From an uncultured delta proteobacterium (GTDB lineage: Bacteria; Myxococcota; Kuafuiibacteriia; Kuafuiibacteriales; Kuafuiibacteriaceae): a stretch of 64,000 nucleotides of DNA. A program made the position numbers and the translations under genes. Location of the stretch: NCBI GenBank assembly GCA_963803435.1, contig CAWDML010000012.1, positions 96,001 to 160,000 on the forward strand, written 5' to 3'. Below, one piece after another: positions 60,089 to 64,000 of this stretch. Below the pieces are notes generated by a model. That model did no database searches, was not told the DNA's origin, and worked only from the letters and a program-made list of their open reading frames with translations. Position 1 is the first letter of the stretch; the number at the start of each line of letters is the position of its first letter.

Positions 60089-61720
60089 ATGAACAACCAG
60101 CAGAGCCACGACATCCAGGGCGTCATGGAGCGGGAGCTCAAGCGCGCGATGAAGGGGCTCAAGTCTCCCGGCCATCCGCGGCCCTACTTCATCTCGTACC
60201 TCCTTCACATGACCGAGGGGCTCGACGTGTGGGGTCGGTACGGATCGGTGTTCAACTCCGAGCCGATCAAGAGCTCTGATCTCTACACCGAGGTCCGTGT
60301 CGGATCGCATCGTCTGGACCAGACCATCGACGGCGGCCTCCATGGCGAGCTCGGCGAACGCGAGTCGTACAACTGGCTGGTCGGTCCGCAGGACCTGAAC
60401 CCCGAGGCGGTCCGCTACGCGTTCTGGAAGCTGACCCAGCTCAAGTACTGGGAGGCGCTGCAGGAGTACTACGACAAGAAGAAGATCCTGGTCGAGCAGC
60501 ACCTGCGCCAGGACGCACACTCGTTCAGCAAGGAGGCCCGGCTGGTCAAGAACACCAAGCTGGTCGACCTCAAGTTCTCGACGGCGCGCTGGGAGGCGTT
60601 CGTCCGCGAGAGCTCGAACCTGTTCAAGACCCACAAGAACCTGGTCGACCCGTACGTGCGGATCCGCGGCGCGGCGCGGTACCGGGTCTTCGTCAACTCG
60701 GAGGGCAGCAAGTTCATCTGCCAGGAGAACTTCTTCGAGGTCGGCATCAACGCCTGGCTCCTCACCAAGAACGGCGTGTACCTGAACTCGTCGAAGTACT
60801 TCTACGGCCGCTCGCCGAAGGAGCTGCCGAACATGGAGCAGGTCGCCGAGGCCATCGAGGCCGTGGCCCGCGACCTCGTCGACCTGGCCAAGGCGCCCCC
60901 GATGGATCCCTACGCCGGACCGGCGCTCCTGTGCGGGCTGGGCACCGGCTTGATCTTCCACGAGGCCATCGGCCACCGGCTCGAGGGCGAGCGCATGGTG
61001 TCGCGCAGCGAGGGCCACACGTTCGCCTCGAAGATCGGCAAGCAGATCCTCCCGAAGGGCGTGGAGCTGCTCGACGATCCCAGCCTCGCCAAGTGGAAGG
61101 GCACGCCGCTGTACGGCCACTACCTGGTGGACGACGAGGGCGTGGCCTCACATCCGGTCAAGCTGGTCGAGGACGGCGTGCTCAAGACGTTCCTGATGAG
61201 CCGCGCCTGCGTGCCCGGCTTCAAGACGTCCAACGGCCACGGGCGCCACGAGCGCTATCAGGACCCGATGGCGAGGATGGCGAACCTGATCGTGAAGTCG
61301 ACGGACCGCTACTCCTGGGACGAGCTCAAGTCGATGCTCCTCGACGAGGTCAACAAGCGGAACCTGCCGCATGGGATCATCGTCAAGAACGTGTCGAGCG
61401 GCGAGACCCGCACCGACCACTACGACTTCCAGGCCTTCAAGGGCGTGCCGACCGAGGTCTATCTGGTCGACCCGAGCAACGGCAAGGAGGCGCGGGTCCG
61501 CGACGTGAACTTCATCGGCACGCCGCTCGCGGCGATCCAGCGGATCAAGGCGTTCGGCGCGGACTACCAGGTCGACAACAGCTACTGCTTCGCCGAGAGC
61601 GGCTCGGTGCCCGTCGCCACCGTGGCCCCTTCGATGCTGGTGGAGGAGCTCGAGCTCCAGCGCTCGAGCACGCGGCACTTCCGCCCGCCGATCCTCAGCT
61701 TCCCGCCGATGAACGGCTGA
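60089..61720 (+). CDS. TldD/PmbA family metalloprotease (TldD-like)
   Basis: FHEAIGHRLEG (HExxxH), DDEGV, LVEDGVLKTFL, SNGHGR, RMANL and YC.AESGSVPV. Confidence 0.9.
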   Translation: MNNQQSHDIQGVMERELKRAMKGLKSPGHPRPYFISYLLHMTEGLDVWGRYGSVFNSEPIKSSDLYTEVRVGSHRLDQTIDGGLHGELGERESYNWLVGPQDLNPEAVRYAFWKLTQLKYWEALQEYYDKKKILVEQHLRQDAHSFSKEARLVKNTKLVDLKFSTARWEAFVRESSNLFKTHKNLVDPYVRIRGAARYRVFVNSEGSKFICQENFFEVGINAWLLTKNGVYLNSSKYFYGRSPKELPNMEQVAEAIEAVARDLVDLAKAPPMDPYAGPALLCGLGTGLIFHEAIGHRLEGERMVSRSEGHTFASKIGKQILPKGVELLDDPSLAKWKGTPLYGHYLVDDEGVASHPVKLVEDGVLKTFLMSRACVPGFKTSNGHGRHERYQDPMARMANLIVKSTDRYSWDELKSMLLDEVNKRNLPHGIIVKNVSSGETRTDHYDFQAFKGVPTEVYLVDPSNGKEARVRDVNFIGTPLAAIQRIKAFGADYQVDNSYCFAESGSVPVATVAPSMLVEELELQRSSTRHFRPPILSFPPMNG

Positions 61721-62390
61721 GCGCCGAGAGCCGCGCCGCGGCCTCCGGCGAGGCCCGCTTCCTCGACCAGTGCGCCCGCTGCAGCGCCGCCCAGGCCGGG
61801 AAGAGCGGATCATCGCGCACCGCGCCCAGGAACGCGGCCTCGAGCGACAGGGCTCGCGGCGGCCCCGGCTCCGCGGCGATGATCAGGAAGAACCGATCGC
61901 CGTCGGCGACGAAGCGCTCCTCGACGCTCGGGTAGCCCATCGATGCCAGCGCGGTCCGGACCTCCTCGAAGCCGGTCCCCGGCTGGAGCACCAGCCGCTC
62001 CAGCCCCAGCTCCGCCGGCGCCCGCGCGCGCGTGATCGCACGGATGCTGCGCTCGCCGATCCCGGCCATCACCGCCACTTGGACCTCACCGGGAGCGAGC
62101 GCGAGGCCGTCCGCCTGCCGCAACTCGACTTGCACTCCGAGCCGAGCAGCGTTGGCCGCGGCGCGGGCCAGCGGCTCGGCGTTGCGGTCGATCGCGATCG
62201 CCCGCGGACAGCGACCCGAACCCACCAGCGCGATCGGGAGCAAGCCGTGATCCGTCCCGATGTCCGCCACGCTTCGGCCGTGCGGTACCAGACCGGCGAT
62301 CGCCGCCAGCCGCGCGCCCAGGCCGAAGCGCGCCAGCGCCGGATCGATGGGAGCCTCCGGCCAGCCGTCGGGGAGCCGCCAGCTCACCAC
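61695..62390 (-). CDS. trmK: tRNA (adenine22-N1)-methyltransferase, TrmK family
   Basis: RLAAIA.LVP, ADIGTDHGLLP, ADGL, MAGIG, LVLQP and E..V.D..RFF.II. The start is GTG 62390 or 62387. Confidence 0.85.
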   Translation of the reverse strand: MVSWRLPDGWPEAPIDPALARFGLGARLAAIAGLVPHGRSVADIGTDHGLLPIALVGSGRCPRAIAIDRNAEPLARAAANAARLGVQVELRQADGLALAPGEVQVAVMAGIGERSIRAITRARAPAELGLERLVLQPGTGFEEVRTALASMGYPSVEERFVADGDRFFLIIAAEPGPPRALSLEAAFLGAVRDDPLFPAWAALQRAHWSRKRASPEAAARLSALSRSSAGS

Positions 62391-62628
62391 CCCCGCAAGC
62401 CGGGTGGGCGCGCGGGAGTCAACGCGGAACGGCCGCGGCCGGTGCCAAGGCGGGTGCACAGGCGGTGGAGGGGTCCCGAGCGCGGCGGGAAACGCGTGTT
62501 CCGTGGGCTGGGTGCCGGTTCCCGTGTCCGTGGTGCGTGACGGTGACCACCTGCGTGAGGGGGACCGCCGCTCGGGCGGCTGTGAAGTGGGCTTGGCAAG
62601 CCGGGCGTGAACCGCCCGGGGCTCCGCG

Positions 62629-62644
62629 TGGCACCGGCCTTGCG
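62629..62644 (+). promoter_or_regulatory. Sigma54 (-24/-12) promoter
   Basis: TGGCACCGGCCTTGCG matches the TGGCAC-N5-TTGC consensus. ATG at 62656. Confidence 0.75.
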
Positions 62645-62655
62645 ACGGACGGCGC

Positions 62656-63804
62656 ATGCGCAGCGCTCTCTTGCTCGTCCTCGCCCTCGCCCTGACCGCT
62701 TGCGGCGGGCCCGAGGCCGACACCGCCCGCTCCCGCCTGGGCGCCTGCGGCACCACCCCCGCCCCCTCGCTCTTCGACCACGCCCTCTGCCTTTGCGGCG
62801 ACTTCCTCGACGTCGGCATGGCGCGGGTCGGACCGGGCCACGATCCTGCCTCCCTCGCGGTCGACGGACGCTCCGAGTCGGTCTCGATGACCGTGGTGGA
62901 CGGAGACTTCATCCCGTACGGCGGCCTGCGAGCCACGGCCGACCTGGCCGTGAACGGCAACCTCGAGAGCAGCGCCGATGTCCAGTGGGTCGGGAAGCTC
63001 GGCGTCCGCGGCGACGTCGACGTCGGCGGCGACTTCACCGGCGTCGGCGATCTCGAGGTGGAGGGGAACGTGGCGGTCGCCGGCGAGCGGTTCACGCTCG
63101 GTCGCGAGCGAGTCGGCGGCGTCGACCGCTACCTCGCGAGCGCCGGACCGCCCTGCGACTGCGACCCCAGCACCTTCCTCGACGTGCCGGCGCTGGTCTC
63201 GCTGGCCCGCACCGACAACGACAACGCCGCGCGCGGCTTCGAAGCCGGCGACGTGCTCTCGGTGGGCGACCTCTCGATGTACCTGGAGACCGGCCGCTAC
63301 TACTTCGAGGACGCGCTCACGATCGGCCGGGCGCACCTGACGATCGCGGGCGCGGTCTCGCTCTATCTCGACGGCAACGTGGCCTCGGTCGGCGACGGAC
63401 GGATCGAGATCTTACCGGGCGCATCGCTCGATCTGTACGTCGCCGGCTCGGTGGCCACCGTGGGACGCATCGACCTCGGCGATCGGAGCGATCCCTCACG
63501 GTTCCGCCTCTACATCGGCGGTGACCGACCCGTTCAGATCGGCGTCGGTCTCACCGAGATCGCCGGCTCGATCTACGCGCCGCAGGCGGAGATCGTCTGG
63601 GTGGGTGACACGCGCATCGAGGGTGCGGTCTTCGCGAACGACCTCGGCGGCGTGGGCCGGTTGGACGTCCGCTACACGCGTCCCGTCGCGGTGGACGTCC
63701 CGCCCGACGAGTGCCCCGAGCCGGCCGACCCGCCGCCGGCCGGGGGCAACGGCGGCAACGGCAACAACGGCGGCGGCCCCGCCGGTGGCCAGCCCGACAT
63801 CTAG
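62656..63804 (+). CDS. Lipoprotein with a Gly/Val/Asp-rich beta-solenoid region
   Basis: MRSALLLVLALALTA-C lipobox, repeats such as LAVNGNL, LGVRGDV, VDVGGDF and LEVEGNV, then GSIYAPQA..IEGAVFA and a Gly/Asn tail. Confidence 0.8.
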   Translation: MRSALLLVLALALTACGGPEADTARSRLGACGTTPAPSLFDHALCLCGDFLDVGMARVGPGHDPASLAVDGRSESVSMTVVDGDFIPYGGLRATADLAVNGNLESSADVQWVGKLGVRGDVDVGGDFTGVGDLEVEGNVAVAGERFTLGRERVGGVDRYLASAGPPCDCDPSTFLDVPALVSLARTDNDNAARGFEAGDVLSVGDLSMYLETGRYYFEDALTIGRAHLTIAGAVSLYLDGNVASVGDGRIEILPGASLDLYVAGSVATVGRIDLGDRSDPSRFRLYIGGDRPVQIGVGLTEIAGSIYAPQAEIVWVGDTRIEGAVFANDLGGVGRLDVRYTRPVAVDVPPDECPEPADPPPAGGNGGNGNNGGGPAGGQPDI

Positions 63805-63824
63805 CCTGCTACGCTGCGCGCGAC

Positions 63825-64000
63825 ATGGTCGCGTTCTGGGGCTCCCGCGCATTCGGCAAGGTCGACGAGGTCCCCGGGATCTTCCACGTGAGCACAACCT
63901 TTCTGCACGTGCTCTACCTCCCCGTGGTCCCCCTCAAGAGCCACCTGGTCCACCGCGACGTGCCGCTCCCGATCCGCCTCTCGCCGAAGAGCGTGCTGAC
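63825..64000 (+). CDS. Hypothetical protein, 3'-truncated by the window edge
   Basis: Open from ATG 63825: MVAFWGSRAFGKVDEVPGIFHVSTTFLHVLYLPVVPLKSHLV...; preceded by TGCTACGCT. Confidence 0.6.
   Translation, partial: MVAFWGSRAFGKVDEVPGIFHVSTTFLHVLYLPVVPLKSHLVHRDVPLPIRLSPKSVL

Noticed and set aside
52269-61720. RiPP cluster made of radical SAM/SPASM plus TldD
   Set aside because: The genes are about 7 kb apart in different transcription units, and no precursor peptide, RRE domain or transporter is evident.
62430-62448. Minus-strand TTGGCACCGGCCGCGGC as a sigma54 promoter for trmK
   Set aside because: The GG-to-GC spacing is 11, not the required 10, and TTGC is absent. It is kept only as part of the inverted-repeat finding.
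62460-62630. Identification as 6S RNA, SRP RNA or a c-di-GMP riboswitch
   Set aside because: Only short fragments resemble these RNAs. The SRP GGAA loop motif, the riboswitch consensus and a clear 6S central bubble could not be found by eye.

Overview
This is a very GC-rich bacterial window whose gene content is typical of Myxococcota: four Hanks-type Ser/Thr kinases, an FHA-sigma54 activator, a giant TPR protein, DUF4388 and many Cys-rich lipoproteins. The taxon is inferred from gene content only. About 45 CDSs are densely packed. I recognised no rRNA, tRNA, CRISPR array or mobile element. The best candidate for an undescribed system is a coupled run at 50245-54360, just after a membrane kinase: a lipoprotein cytochrome-like protein with a contracted CxCH motif, a CxxCH lipoprotein cytochrome c, a predicted outer-membrane beta-barrel that itself carries CxxCH, a radical SAM/SPASM enzyme and a flippase-like protein. 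Other points of interest are a 4450-aa TPR protein heading a TPR/DUF4388 cluster, a DOT1-like methyltransferase, an OYE-TetR-mpg-tag operon with two inverted operator boxes, and an apparently orphan kinase-activated-type ECF sigma factor. Several sigma54 and sigma70 promoters sit at leaderless spacing from their start codons. Six genes are frameshifted, and five breaks are all repaired by reading GATTC as GATC, which suggests a systematic, possibly methylation-linked, sequencing error rather than gene decay. All family assignments are by motif recognition by eye; no searches were run.
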